A stretch of DNA of 63,929 nucleotides, from assembly GCA_009602725.1 (NCBI GenBank), contig WELB01000007.1, positions 355,187 to 419,115 on the forward strand, in the 5' to 3' direction. Made by a program: the position numbers and the translations under genes. This DNA is from Spirogloea muscicola. Taxonomy: Eukaryota. Positions within the stretch are counted from its first letter, which is position 1; each line of letters begins with the position of its first letter. The notes beneath the pieces were generated by a model. That model was not told where the DNA came from. It ran no database searches and saw only the letters and a list, made by a program, of their open reading frames with translations. This document shows positions 1 to 19,319 of the stretch, in pieces.

Positions 1-1752
<1,752 letters not shown>

Positions 1753-2230
1753 TTGTAGATGCCTTGCTAGGAGCACAGCACGAGGCTCGACTTGGATCTC
1801 ATCCTCTGTCAAATGCTGATACTGAGCACTTACAATTGGAAATGAAAGTGGAATTGAGGGGTTTTCGTACCCCGGCCCGGTGTGGCGATCTTCCAGTCTG
1901 GGTCATATGCAAGTTCTTTTTCTTGCACGGTTGTCAGCAGTGCAGATTTAAACTCATCTCCACCACGTTTATCCACACTGCGTACCCCAGCACTGCATCC
2001 CCTAAACCCAATGCTTGTCAGTCAACTGCGAACAATCACAAGTCATTGTTCATCCCTTGGCTTCATGCATTGCAGCTCATATTCTGAGCTCTGGCTGGCT
2101 ATAATCAGTGCCTCTGCCTAACCAAGCCTCTTCATGCTGGAGGGCTCAGAAGAGACATCATGGTGGCCAATGGTCAGCATCAACGAGCGCAGCTCTCAGC
2201 CACACGCCACCTAGACCGGGATGAATGTCC

Positions 2231-4199
2231 TCATGCCAGCTTCACCTTTCTAGGGTACAGTTGTCCTGGTTTCCATTGCAGGTAAGTTATGGTGGTCATG
2301 AACACAGCGGCGAAGAGCATGTACGCCCTGAACCAGGCAGGCCCATAAGCAAGCTGCCAGAAGCCTATGATGGAGACAATCGCGGAGACCACGAGGCTGG
2401 CGAGGCAGTCAAGGGACCCGAGATCTTTGCCAATCCCGCTGTCGGGGAAGTGCCCAGTTTTGTAAAAGCCTGACAGGAGCTTGTCCTTGTCCTGGAACCT
2501 TTTGTACACCCAGTCGCTTACCGCAGCCTCCTCCACAGGGATGTCGGCTGTTGGGACTCGCCTCACGTGGATGTGCACTTCAGCGGGATCCACTCCCATG
2601 AGATTGTCCAACATGTCGGGGTCGACATAATTGTAACCGATGGTCAGATCGTACACTGCCACAAGAGTAGCAGACAGTCAAACCTCCACATTGACCTCAT
2701 CTGTCCACAGCAGAACTCGTCTCCCCGTCAACGCCGCTCGAAGAGGGTAAGATAGAATTTGCGGACCTGCGTCGATGGAGTTGCGCAGCGGGTGGATGCA
2801 GGCAAAGAAGCCCTTTGTCCGTGGCACCAGTACATTGTTCAATGCTGGAAGTCCAAGCTTGGCAGCGTACGAATTGGCCTTATCTCTCTTCTCCTCACTG
2901 CATGAGTACAACCCGATAAGATTTTGGCAATGACCCCAACCATCAATAGTGCATGAGCTGAGGCCAACTGCTCATTCTTCCTACTCAACAGGATCTGGTC
3001 CAACTGTGAATGTGAGGATGCGAGTGAAGCAGGCCTCATGACTGCAGCGACTTATGTGATTAGGCAACAGCCTGAGTATAATTGCACTTGCCTGAAGTCG
3101 GTGCCCTCCGGAAAGATGACCAGCCAGAGGGGGTCCTGAGGGTACACAAACGTCGCCAGGTGGTCCCGGATGGTCGCTTCATCACGCTCCCACTTGCGGT
3201 CGAGCATGAGAAACTCGAGGGTGTGAAAGGCCCAACCAAATACCGGCACCATCCGCACAGTGCTCTTGAGCACATACTTTATGTAGCCAATTCTGCCCTG
3301 CAGGTAATGCACGCTCGGGTGGCGTTAAGGTCGCAGTTGGGCAACCGTATGCCGATGATGGCAGCATCGCGTGGCCTCAAGGAAAACTGAGGCCATAGTG
3401 GTTCATTTCAGATTTCAGCATTGGGCTCCTGTTGGTGCAATACATCAGCCCATTCGTAACCAGCCTTGGCTGCCAGCTGCAGCTGCTCTTTGCGTTAGCA
3501 ACATGCCTCGATACAAAGCTTGCTCGCAAACTGCAGAGTGCGAACTGGAGCGGATGAGCGGCTGACACCCCTTATCGCAACAGTCCAGCAGTGGCGGGGG
3601 TCTAGGGCGGCGCCAGGCCTGGCAAGGCCACCTTGCGCTTGGCAAGGCTCCAGAGGTACATCCAGTCCACCTCCGTGCGGTGGTTGCAGATGAGGATAAC
3701 GCGCTCGCCAGGCACCACGTCCTCGCCGGCAAACACCACCTTCGTCCTGTTGACCTATGCAGCGAGCCACGCCAGCCAAAGAGGCAGGCCGCGCGGGTGA
3801 GCCAACAAGAGGACCTCCCGAGCTGGTCCTCCGAGCATCGAGACTCGGGGGCGAGTTGCGACGGCGATGGCTGCGCCAGTGCACCTTCTCGAAGAGGAAG
3901 GGCCACATGGAGAGCCAGCGTCCGAAGAGGAAGCAGGACAGCCGCCGGAAGCAGAAGATGCTCAGCGGCCGTATCACCATATACGCAACGGGTGCGATCA
4001 CCAGCAGTCCGATGGAGGACGTGGCCACCAGCAGCAGAGCCCACAGTGCAGCCCGCAGCTGCCGCCACGCATTGAGCGAGCGGTGGCGCGGCCCGCGCCG
4101 CGGTCGAAGGCTCAGCGAGCGCTCGATCGAGCGCTGCCCCGGCGGCAGCATGCTGTCCTGCTGCAGCGGCTGTGCGGTGCCCATCACGCCCTTCTCCAT
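2231..4199 (-). CDS. 1-acyl-sn-glycerol-3-phosphate / lysocardiolipin acyltransferase (LPAT4/5-like), 5 exons
   Basis: ATG at 4199 (MEKGVMG), N-terminal transmembrane segment, catalytic NHRTEVD (HxxxxD), [30 protein letters not shown] and a C-terminal hydrophobic segment. One intron is GC-AG (2898-3091). Confidence 0.9.
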
Positions 4200-4767
4200 C
4201 CCACTCGTGCAGCCGGCGTTCACACGCTCAGCTCCATCACCGTTGCTGTGTCAAGCAGCGGGTGCTGCCGCCGCTGCGCCGCCCCGCTGGCTGCGCCATG
4301 CGCCTCGCTCAGCTGCAAGCGGAGTCCTCAGCTGCGCCCCCCTTGTCCAAGAAGGTGTACGGTTTGAGTCTTCGCGCTCTCGTGACCACAGTTCTGAAGC
4401 CATCTTCTGGGCGTCACAGAGCTGAAAGACGAGGTTGCATGTATCATCGGAGCCACGGCACGTGGAGCGCGCGAGGTGGCCGAGCTCGACGCTGCATTGC
4501 GTCCAGGCTGCTGGAGCACCGGGAGAGCTTGGCTGGCGGATAAGCCGGCAAAGCAGCCGACGCAGGGCAGGCGGGCCTCGCGACCGCTGAGGGCTCACAG
4601 GCTGCGCTCGGGGACCCCGCGGCGGCCGCCGTGCTTTGAGGCGGAAGCTCGCCCTCCCAGCGACGCCTCGGCAGGCTTCGCGCGTCCTCGGGCCGTCGAT
4701 ATCCCCCCGGCGACGGCAGCGCCGAGGCGCCACAGGGAGCCCCGGGGGGTCCGCCGCGCCGGCGCGG

Positions 4768-5604
4768 NNNNNNNNNNNNNNNNNNNNNNNNNNNNNNNNN
4801 NNNNNNNNNNNNNNNNNNNNNNNNNNNNNNNNNNNNNNNNNNNNNNNNNNNNNNNNNNNNNNNNNNNNNNNNNNNNNNNNNNNNNNNNNNNNNNNNNNNN
4901 NNNNNNNNNNNNNNNNNNNNNNNNNNNNNNNNNNNNNNNNNNNNNNNNNNNNNNNNNNNNNNNNNNNNNNNNNNNNNNNNNNNNNNNNNNNNNNNNNNNN
5001 NNNNNNNNNNNNNNNNNNNNNNNNNNNNNNNNNNNNNNNNNNNNNNNNNNNNNNNNNNNNNNNNNNNNNNNNNNNNNNNNNNNNNNNNNNNNNNNNNNNN
5101 NNNNNNNNNNNNNNNNNNNNNNNNNNNNNNNNNNNNNNNNNNNNNNNNNNNNNNNNNNNNNNNNNNNNNNNNNNNNNNNNNNNNNNNNNNNNNNNNNNNN
5201 NNNNNNNNNNNNNNNNNNNNNNNNNNNNNNNNNNNNNNNNNNNNNNNNNNNNNNNNNNNNNNNNNNNNNNNNNNNNNNNNNNNNNNNNNNNNNNNNNNNN
5301 NNNNNNNNNNNNNNNNNNNNNNNNNNNNNNNNNNNNNNNNNNNNNNNNNNNNNNNNNNNNNNNNNNNNNNNNNNNNNNNNNNNNNNNNNNNNNNNNNNNN
5401 NNNNNNNNNNNNNNNNNNNNNNNNNNNNNNNNNNNNNNNNNNNNNNNNNNNNNNNNNNNNNNNNNNNNNNNNNNNNNNNNNNNNNNNNNNNNNNNNNNNN
5501 NNNNNNNNNNNNNNNNNNNNNNNNNNNNNNNNNNNNNNNNNNNNNNNNNNNNNNNNNNNNNNNNNNNNNNNNNNNNNNNNNNNNNNNNNNNNNNNNNNNN
5601 NNNN
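4768..5604. other. Assembly gap (N run)
   Basis: Run of N flanked by very GC-rich sequence. Confidence 1.
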
Positions 5605-5851
5605 CGCGTGCCGACGAGCGGCGGCGAAGACGGCGGCGCTGGGCGGCTGCCGCCGGCGCTGGCGCTGGACGGCCGAGCCTTCTGCTTCCTGCCGCTGCCA
5701 GTGCGCACTGGCCTGCCGGCGCATGTCAACGGCTACTTTGAGCTGTCGGCGAACCGCCGCGACCTGTGGTCCGGCGGCGACGACACGGCAGCCGCCGGCG
5801 GCGGCGCCGCGCGCGCCGACTGGAACCGCCGCCTCCTCGACGATGTCGCCG
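5605..5851 (+). CDS. Isolated exon fragment of a sacsin-like protein (sacsin repeat region)
   Basis: [34 protein letters not shown]...WNRRLL is the hallmark plant sacsin repeat motif. It ends at a GT donor (5852), and no further sacsin exons are recognisable. Confidence 0.8.
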
Positions 5852-6379
5852 GTCTGTTGCCCTTTGCTGTCTTGCACCTCAAAGAGCAGACAATTAGTAA
5901 ATTACTCATGCACTTAAGTGCAGCTCTACGGCTGATGCTGGCTTTGTATGTTGGAGTGACCAAAGTAGCGTACACACTTTGGTTGGCATATATGGAGCAC
6001 AAGCTAAGCCTGACAAAGTAGAACCTGCACTGCACTCACACCAATGTCTTTGAGTTTTGAGAGCTGATGACATGCACAACTCCTCATAGCAGTAACTGTG
6101 CAATTCTTGCACAATGATTTGGTCATTATGTCCCAGATCCCTATAGAGAAATATTTCTGTTGACTCCTGCATTCAGCTATCTATTTGAATACCCCCCCCC
6201 CTCCTCCTCCCTACCTCCAAATTTTCCCTCCCTCTCTCTTTCCCTTCTTCGCACCCCGCCTTCTCCCCCTCGCTTTTCTTGTGTCTCCACCTTGAGCAGC
6301 TCTTTCTACCTAGCAGCACACGCTTGCAGGGTACAGTTCTTGCTCCTTCCTGACTCAAAGGCTTGGTGCTCCCCTGCAG

Positions 6380-8302
6380 ATCGATCCCATCAAGTACAAG
6401 AGCATTGGATCTGGCTTTGGTGTCTTGTACGCCGAGCAAGGCATTGGGGGCTTCTTCAAGGGCTGGCTGCCGACGCTTCTCGGCTACAGTGCGCAGGGCG
6501 CCTGCAAATTCGGGTTCTATGAGTTCTTCAAGAAGTACTACTCTGACCTGGCCGGCGAGGAGTATGCGCACAAGTACAAGACCCTCATCTACCTGGCCGG
6601 CAGTGCCTCGGCCGAGTTCATAGCCGACCTTGCTCTGTGCCCGTTTGAAGCCGTGAAGGTACGGGTGCAGACGAAGCCGGGCTTTGCCAACGGCCTCATG
6701 GATGGCATGCCCAAGTTGATCAAAGCCGACGGAGTGGGCGGGTGAGTAAAGTCCGCCCCTTTAGCTGCTTTCCAAGTATTCTGCTGAATGCTACTCGTGT
6801 GAGCCTTGACTGCAGTCCAAGACCTCCTACTGTTGCTTATATTACCAGACGTACTGCTGACCATGCCGGTGACAGGGCATTCCAAATGGCTCCCCTCTTC
6901 AGATGTACATGCCTGCTTTGCCTGAGAGTGTTGCTGCACTGCAATGCCGCTTGTGTAGGTTGTACAAGGGGCTCACTCCTCTTTGGGGACGACAGATTCC
7001 CTGTGAGTATTGTGCCGGCACTCTTGGTTAGGGAACCACTCTATAGGTTCCTATGTCCATAAAAATAAGGTTTGCGGTCATTCAGTGACCATGTCAGCAA
7101 GACTAGAGCAAGAATCCTGTCTGTGCAGCTCTGAGCAGCAATGTGCAGGTGGAGAGCCGCCAGCAGAAGGTCATTGCTTTCATTTCTCACCAGGGTTGCT
7201 CCTTGGAGCCTTTGCAATATCAGTGTGGTCAACAGTGTGGGTGGAATGTCTTTCTTGACATTCCGCAGCTTGGCTTCTGCAGATACTATGATGAAGTTTG
7301 CCTGCTTTGAAGAGACAGTTGCGGCTCTCTACAAGTATGTTGTGCCGTACCCCAAATCTGAGTGCTCCAAGAGCACACAGCTCGGTGTCAGCTTTGCAGC
7401 TGGATACATTGCTGGAGTTTTCTGCGCAATTGTCTCGCATCCTGCGGATAACCTGGTGTCTTTCCTCAACAATGCAAAGGGGGCAACTGTTGGTCAGGTA
7501 CACCAAGTTCTCTGACCTTGCTTGGGGTTTGATCGAGCCTAGACCTTCCCTGCTGTGTGAAACATAGGTAGGACCTACCTCTGTGTCCAACATGATGCAA
7601 GTGTAGGCCTTTACACCCAAAATGAACTTGCAACTATGTCTACTAAAACAGCTGCAACTGGTCGTGTCTCCTCACGTCAAACTCCACTCTACCTGCCCAT
7701 GGCTAGGACACTCACCACAGGTGTTGCCTTACAGATAGTCAGTATAGGTACCTGGCATAATGGCATCTTGAGAAGCACCTGTGCAGATTTTAGATCGATC
7801 TGCAGATGAGTGACGTAATGGCTGAGCTTGGCGCTGCTTCTGCATATATCAGGCTGTGCAGCAGATGGGCTGGGTTGGACTCTTCACCCGAGGCCTGCCC
7901 CTCCGTATCATTATGATTGGCACATTGACTGGGGCTCAATGGGGCATCTACGACGCTTTCAAAATCTCCGTTGGCTTGTGAGTGCCACAGCAACTTGCTG
8001 CTCACTGCCACCTATGTGGCCCCTCTGCCTGCAGTGGACAGTATCTCATCAACACCCAAAGAATATGTGATTATCACCACTGCATAAGAAAGTCTCTGGT
8101 AGAATGGGTATTGGTGCTTCATAGATGCTTCAAAGATGCTTCAAAGGTGCAGGGTGCTGGTACGAGCTACTCACAGTTGCTGTGTCTGGACATGGTGTGC
8201 TTTTCTCCCCCACTGCACAGGCCTACTACTGGTGCTGCTCCACCGCCTGTGGTAGAGGAGAGCACGCCGGCATTGCCCAATCTGGCCCAAGCACCCAAGT
8301 AG
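6380..8302 (+). CDS. Mitochondrial phosphate carrier (SLC25A3/PHT3/MPT-like), first exon missing
   Basis: Exons [10 protein letters not shown]...[25 protein letters not shown]...[11 protein letters not shown] | [14 protein letters not shown] | [10 protein letters not shown]...[11 protein letters not shown] | [29 protein letters not shown] | PTTG...APK*. Carrier PxE/D motifs are present and introns are GT-AG. Confidence 0.93.
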
Positions 8303-9479
8303 GAGGAGTTGCCTGTGGTTCTACATACTGCAATATCACAAGACTGATGAACGCACAGCTTCCAGCCCAGAGTGGACAAGCAGCCAGGCCGATGCTGCAT
8401 GTTGGTGTAAGAGTTTATTTGCCAATGTGGAGTTTGTCTGATAAGCCAGAGCAGAGTGTGCAGCCTGTCAAGGTCAAGGTGAGGATGTTTGGCAAAGGGA
8501 GGAATTTTAGAATCCAAGCAAGCCTCTGCAGATGTTGCAGGACACAAGAGAACCACCTCAAGAGAGTCACCACTTGCAAAGGGCCGCTCGCATCAGCTCG
8601 CTTGTTGCAGGCGGCAAGCACCCTGTCAGCACGCACAGGAATGTCCCCCGTGAGAGGTCGTAAGGCCTCAATTGCAGTTGTGATTCAAGCTGCCAACCAG
8701 ACAGCTTAAGTGTGTAGCTTGCGGCAGACGAGAGACATGGATGGGGTTGCTCTGCAGACACTTGATGTGCTGGACAGGGTTTGGTCCAGCGCGGAGACCC
8801 TGGGACTTGGCCTTCTGGGTTCACACAGATGAAGGACTTAGGCATCAAATATCTTGCCTGTGGCCAGGAGAACGGCTTGAGAAGATGTGCGTCTCATAAT
8901 AGCTGGCTATATGATATAGTAAATGCGGCTGCTGATACATTGAAAGGTCTCAGGATCTGGCAGCTCTTGGTGTTGCTCCTCTTGGCTGTGCTCTATAACC
9001 GCCGCTTTTTCCTCACAACCACTTTCAAGAGCTGGACGTTTGCCCCTCTCTGTAGGGCCAGCAGTCTGCCCCCGTCTTGGTAGTACAGTCGCAGACTTGC
9101 TCATGGCGGCAGACAGTGATTAGACTAGCACAGACTCCGACCTCAGCGAAGGTGGGTGGCAGCCATAGCTAGGGCGCACGGGAGCAGCCGCGTTACCTCA
9201 TGATCGCAGTTGGAAAACTAAGCCCGATGTGCCAGGCTACCCTTTTCACAGAAAGTGCTAGTGCGACCCTCTAGGCTGAGTCAGATGGATACCCAGCCCG
9301 CGCATTGGTTCACCATTCGACCACAATTGACAGAATGTTTCACCAGCCCAAATCGCTGGATCACCTCATTTTACTACACTCCATACTTTTAACAGGCAGT
9401 CGTGAAGGCCAGCTAAAGGCATGCATAAGGTGTTCGGAGTGCATCGACATCATGAGGTGCTGCAAGCTGGGCATTGAGG

Positions 9480-9620
9480 GGCCTCTCGGTCACCCCGTGT
9501 CAGTAGTGAAATTCAGATGAGCTGAGGAAGGCGAAGGAACCCTGCTGTGCAAGCCAGAGGCTGCTGCAAGGGTGCCACCAGCACGGCGGTGCAGAGCAAG
9601 CGGTGGGACCGCTGCAGGGA
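9480..9620 (-). mobile_element. Degenerate 3'-terminal ORF fragment of RLE non-LTR retroelement
   Basis: Minus-strand sequence matches the SLQRS...HRRAG.ALAAASG...LTRG terminus seen at 11116-11270 and 55408-55560. Confidence 0.6.
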
Positions 9621-10380
9621 CTTGGAGATGCGCATTTCGTCATCACAGTCCAATCCCTGGAGGCCCGCCACTTCCGGGAAGTGCTACACCTTGCTCGGGT
9701 AGCTGCTGGTTAGCTGGAACGAAAAGAACAGGGGGGAGGTTAGATGGTGGCTGCCACATCATTGGTGGCCACTGTCAGTGCTGATCTGCATGCCGCGTTG
9801 TCACACGGGGCCAATGGAAGCTCAACTGTTTGCTGGCTGTGTGCTACTCTGTAGCAGTAGAAGAAAGTGCTCGCCCATAGGGAAGAGGGGCTGTGCATGG
9901 AGAGGAAGCTCTTCCAAAGGCGCGCACTTTTTCCAAAGGGGGTTGATGGCTGTAAAAGAAAGCAAAGCTCTTCAAATAACCCCTAGTCACCAACAAGTCT
10001 TTTCTTACATTATCCGAAGGAGTGTGGATCAGTCGGGAAAGCAAGAAACAGCTCCTTCAAATCAACGCAATGGCTGGGAGAGGCCAGCCCGAAGGAACGT
10101 ACAAGAAAAGAAGTGAGCTCTTGCAAAGGGGGAGGGAAAAGCAGCAGCCGCATGCTGGTTGCTCCGCCTTTGCCTGGCAGGGCTAGCACGTAAGAAAGAG
10201 AAGAAAGGGCTCGCCCATTGAGGATAGGGGCTGGAAAAGCCAGCCCAAAAAAGGATGAACAGAGTACGAGAAGGGGGCCAGGGGAAGCGCTAAAAAAACA
10301 AGCACAAGAAGAAACAACAAAGCGCTCAGTGACCACTGCTAAGCTTCAGACCTTGTCCATTCTTTTGGGCTAACTATTCA

Positions 10381-10540
10381 GTGGTCCATCCTCCCCCGTT
10401 CTGACATAGCATCTTCAAGCCACTTCGTAGCTGCTTAGCGCTATTTAGGCCCCTCCGTCATTTGGCCCCTTCGAACCTTTGTCAGCTTCTTTTTGGGCTG
10501 GCTTTTCACAGCCCTTGCCCCCATTGGGAGTGCCACTTCT
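10381..10540 (+). repeat. ~160 bp dispersed repeat, copy 1 (retroelement 3'UTR / SINE-like)
   Basis: Highly similar to 10671-10830 (direct) and 12380-12514 (inverted). It ends in the hairpin module gggctggcttttcacagccc. Confidence 0.85.
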
Positions 10541-10665
10541 CTGCCGGCACGCAGGTGCAGCGCGCGGGCCGTAGACCGCTTCAGCGAGACGGCCAAGCGA
10601 ATACGGTACACCTGCGCTTAGCGACCCGGCTGCAGGAAAGTCCACCAGGCCCCCACCGGGTCCCC
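10541..10665 (-). mobile_element. Internal RLE-element ORF fragment
   Basis: Minus strand reads FPAAGSL/AQVYRIRLAVSLKRSTARALHLRAG, homologous to AGSLAQVF.MRLAVSLQRSLA.A.H.RAG. Confidence 0.7.
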
Positions 10666-10670
10666 ACTGA

Positions 10671-10830
10671 GTGGTCCATCGTCCCCCGTTCTGACATAGC
10701 ATCTTCAGGCCCCTTCGTAGCTGCTTAGCGCTTTTTAGGCCCGTCCGTCATTTGGCCCCTTCGAACCTTTGTCAATTCTTTTCGGGCTGGCTTTTCACAG
10801 CCCTTGCCCCCAATTGGGAGTGCCACTTCT
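10671..10830 (+). repeat. ~160 bp dispersed repeat, copy 2
   Basis: Direct repeat of 10381-10540. Confidence 0.85.
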
Positions 10831-10869
10831 TCATGGAAGCGGCGGACGATGGCGTGGCAGGCGAGTTGG

Positions 10870-11728
10870 AAGAAGAGAGAAGGGCTCGCCCATTGAGGAT
10901 AGGGGCTGGAAAAAGCCAGCCCAGGAAAGAATGAACAAAGGACGAGAAGGGGCCAGGGGAAGTACGAAGAGAGAAGTGCGCGCCCATAGAGAAGAGGGGC
11001 TGGCAAAGCCAGCCCAGAAAAAGAATGGACAATGTCCAAAGCCAAAGAAAGAGGAGCCGAAGAATGGACTACACTACAAAACACTGCAGAACACAGAAAC
11101 GATGCAGAGGGAAGCTCAGTACCCACGAGTGAGCAACATCAGGTCTGAGTAGCTCGCTGCAGGGAAAGAGGCACTCCGCCGAGATCCAGAGGCGGCGGCC
11201 ACAGCACGGCCTGCTCGCGTGTGGACGGCGTGGGCAAGGGAGCGTTGAAGCGATACGGCCAGGCGCATGCGGGAAGACTTGTGCGAGCGAACCGGCGGCG
11301 TTGAAGCCGGGCATCGCCCCTGGCAGACCCGGCCGCCGGTCAATGGCCTGGCGGGCAAGCCGCTGAATGAGATCCAGCCAGCGGCTGCCGAAAGCCCCGT
11401 GTACATCCATCGCCAGGGCCGCGAACACGTCACCAACCGGGTGATCAGCATATTTTCGCTCCTTGCCCCGAGCCGCCTGGCCGACCGCGTGCCCTGCAAA
11501 CGACGCCGATCTGGTGGGATTGGCGGAGTCGATGCAGTCAGTTGTCACCACATCAGCGATGATGCGGGGACCGCCGCCGGGCGGGATGGCGACCAGGTCG
11601 GCGCGTCGCGTATGGGGCTGGCCGTCCGCGCCCAGCTGGATGGGCATGATGGAGGAGTTCTCCACCGCGACCTTGAAGCCCGCCTCCGAAAACACCCCCT
11701 GCATATCATCGCGCAGGAGGTCGTGGGA
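10870..11728 (-). mobile_element. 5'-truncated non-LTR retrotransposon with restriction-like endonuclease (RLE; CRE/NeSL/R2-group-like), ORF 11116-11728 plus 3'UTR
   Basis: The protein HDLLRD..E..RRADLV..IIADV..KERKY..F.ALAMDVHGAFG..RLAVSLQR..LTRGY* matches the (R)HD / RxD / D / KxxKY / (E/D)xxGxxG RLE pattern. There is one frameshift near 11270 and no RT domain. Two hairpin modules follow the stop. Confidence 0.8.
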
Positions 11729-11764
11729 AGAACAACAAGCACAGAAAAGAAACGAAGCAGCCGA

Positions 11765-12150
11765 CTCGCCGTCGACGTTCACGGCGAATTTGGCGCCAAA
11801 TGGCTGGACCTCCTTCACCGCCTTGCGCGGCGAGCAGCGGCCCGCCGCCACGGGCAGCAGGGCGAGCAGCCTGGCTTCCATGTCGCCGGGTCCCTCGCCC
11901 AAGTTTTCCTGATGCGCCTGGCCGTCTCTTTGCAGCGGTCCCTAGCTTTTGCGGTCCACTTGCGCGCAGGCCGCGCTCTGGCGGCGGCCTCCGGCTTCCG
12001 TCAGGGCGACGTCTTTCCGCCTGCTAGCTACTCAGATTTGCATCTACTGACGAGAGGTTACTGAGAATTCGCTTACCTCTGTCTCAGTCCTTAGCACTCC
12101 GACTCCTTCAGACCTTGTCCATTCTTTTGGGCTGGCCTCTCCCAGCTACC
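11765..12150 (+). mobile_element. Second, shorter 5'-truncated copy of the same RLE element in opposite orientation
   Basis: LAVDVHGEFGAKWLDLLHRLAR...AGSLAQVFLMRLAVSLQRSLAFAVHLRAGRALAAASG...ASYSDLHLLTRGY* (stop 12062-12064), followed by the ttgtccattcttttgggctgg module. Confidence 0.8.
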
Positions 12151-12379
12151 AGTTAATCTGGCCGCGCTTGCTTCTGCTACGAGGCACAAGAGGAAGAAGA
12201 GGAAGAAGAGGGAGAAGTGCGCGCCCATAGAGAAGAAACCTCGCCCGCGAAGGGGCCGAGGGCTGTGAAGGGAAGAAGTGGCTCTCCAAATGGGGGCTGT
12301 GAAAAGCCAGACCGAGAGAAACAGCTCTTCCAATGTAAGGCAAGGGCTAATATTGGCCAGCCCAGAGGCAAAAGAAGAC

Positions 12380-12514
12380 GTGGCACTCCCAATGGGGGCA
12401 AGGGCCGTGAAAGCCAGCCCGAAAAGAATTGACAAAGGTTCGAAGGGGCCAGATGACGGAGGGGCCCAAGCGCTAAGCAGCTACGAAGGGGCCTGAAGAT
12501 GCCATGTCAGAACG
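12380..12514 (-). repeat. ~160 bp dispersed repeat, inverted copy 3 (partial)
   Basis: Reverse complement of most of 10671-10830. Confidence 0.85.
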
Positions 12515-12649
12515 TTTCTTTAAGGGGGGGAGGTTTTACCACTCAGTAGTCCAGCCCAGAAGAAGTAGGCCCGAAGAGAAAGCATGGGCAAGGTCCGAAA
12601 GGGCCGGAAAGGCACGTAAGAGCTCAGTGGAATTGCCGCTCGTCACCCG

Positions 12650-18396
<5,747 letters not shown>

Positions 18397-19319
18397 GGCC
18401 CCTGGACAAGGACTTCAGTAATGCTCGAGTCCTCCCCTGTGCTGGCACATTGTATAGCCCACTGTATTCAGACGCTCATCAGAAGCCACTTTGGGTAAGA
18501 CTCTAAAGTAGGCCTCCAGCTATTGTATTCTTTAACTTTGGCGTATTGCCGAATGATAGTTGTATCCATTATGAGTAGAGCCCCTGGGCCTGCCAAGCAA
18601 GAGCCCACTTACAAGGCCCCACTTTGACTTGCTCTGTATAAGAAGCTCATCGACCAGACCACGCCTGCAAAGCTTCTGCAGCTGCGTGTGGGCAGGTGCT
18701 GACCGCATCATGGCCCCATTTGTCAACCGCCCCCTCACCAAGAACTCAAGGTAGTGAGTAACATCTCAACTTGCTCATTGAAAGATTCAGTTAATAGTGC
18801 TCCCTGTGTTCAATACATAGAATGTCTCCGACAGCCTTCTGCAGCAGCACAGAAATTTTAAATTAGTCGACTGGAAGACTGAAGTAGCTCACAGATGCAT
18901 TGTGCATCAGCTGAACTGCCTCTGCATTCCCTGCTAAGAATGTGTTGGAACGCCCTGGAGGCTTCTGCTGTTGGCAATCGTAGGCAGTACAAGTCACTTT
19001 CTGTTGCCGCCATGGCAGCAGACATGGTAGTTGCTAGTATCACCTTTGCGGCAGTCGGCTTAGTGCAGGTCTGAGTCTCTGGTGTGGAGGGGGCATTACA
19101 GACAGTGCACGTGAAGTCCGAAGGCCCCATATCCTCGGCTGCGGAAGAAGTAGTAGCCCGTCCAGAGGGGGCGATGGCTGTGAAAGGCCAGGCCATCAAG
19201 GTCTGAGAATTTATCTTAAGGGCTATGGACTTAGCACTAAGGATGCATCTGTCTCATAGTGAGAGGAGGAGGCGAAGTCAAGCCTTCACTATTTGGGCAG
19301 AAGCCGGTGCAAAGGATGG

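Noticed and set aside
4251..6021. Long ORFs spanning N runs (also 41877-43836)
   Set aside because: They are open only because N translates to X.
8560..9110. Short ORFs downstream of the phosphate carrier
   Set aside because: No recognisable motif or consistent exon structure, and stops occur in all frames.
10381..10540. tRNA gene or hammerhead ribozyme in the 160 bp repeat
   Set aside because: No cloverleaf, only a partial B-box-like string, and no CUGANGA...GAAA core was found.
10381..10830. Direct repeats flanking an internal fragment as an LTR element/TRIM
   Set aside because: No TG...CA ends, primer-binding site or polypurine tract is evident, and the internal piece is an antisense RLE fragment.
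10198..11032. Hairpin repeats with variable spacers as a CRISPR-like array
   Set aside because: Orientations are mixed, spacing is irregular and repeats are divergent. There are no cas genes, and the repeats are explained as retroelement 3' tails.
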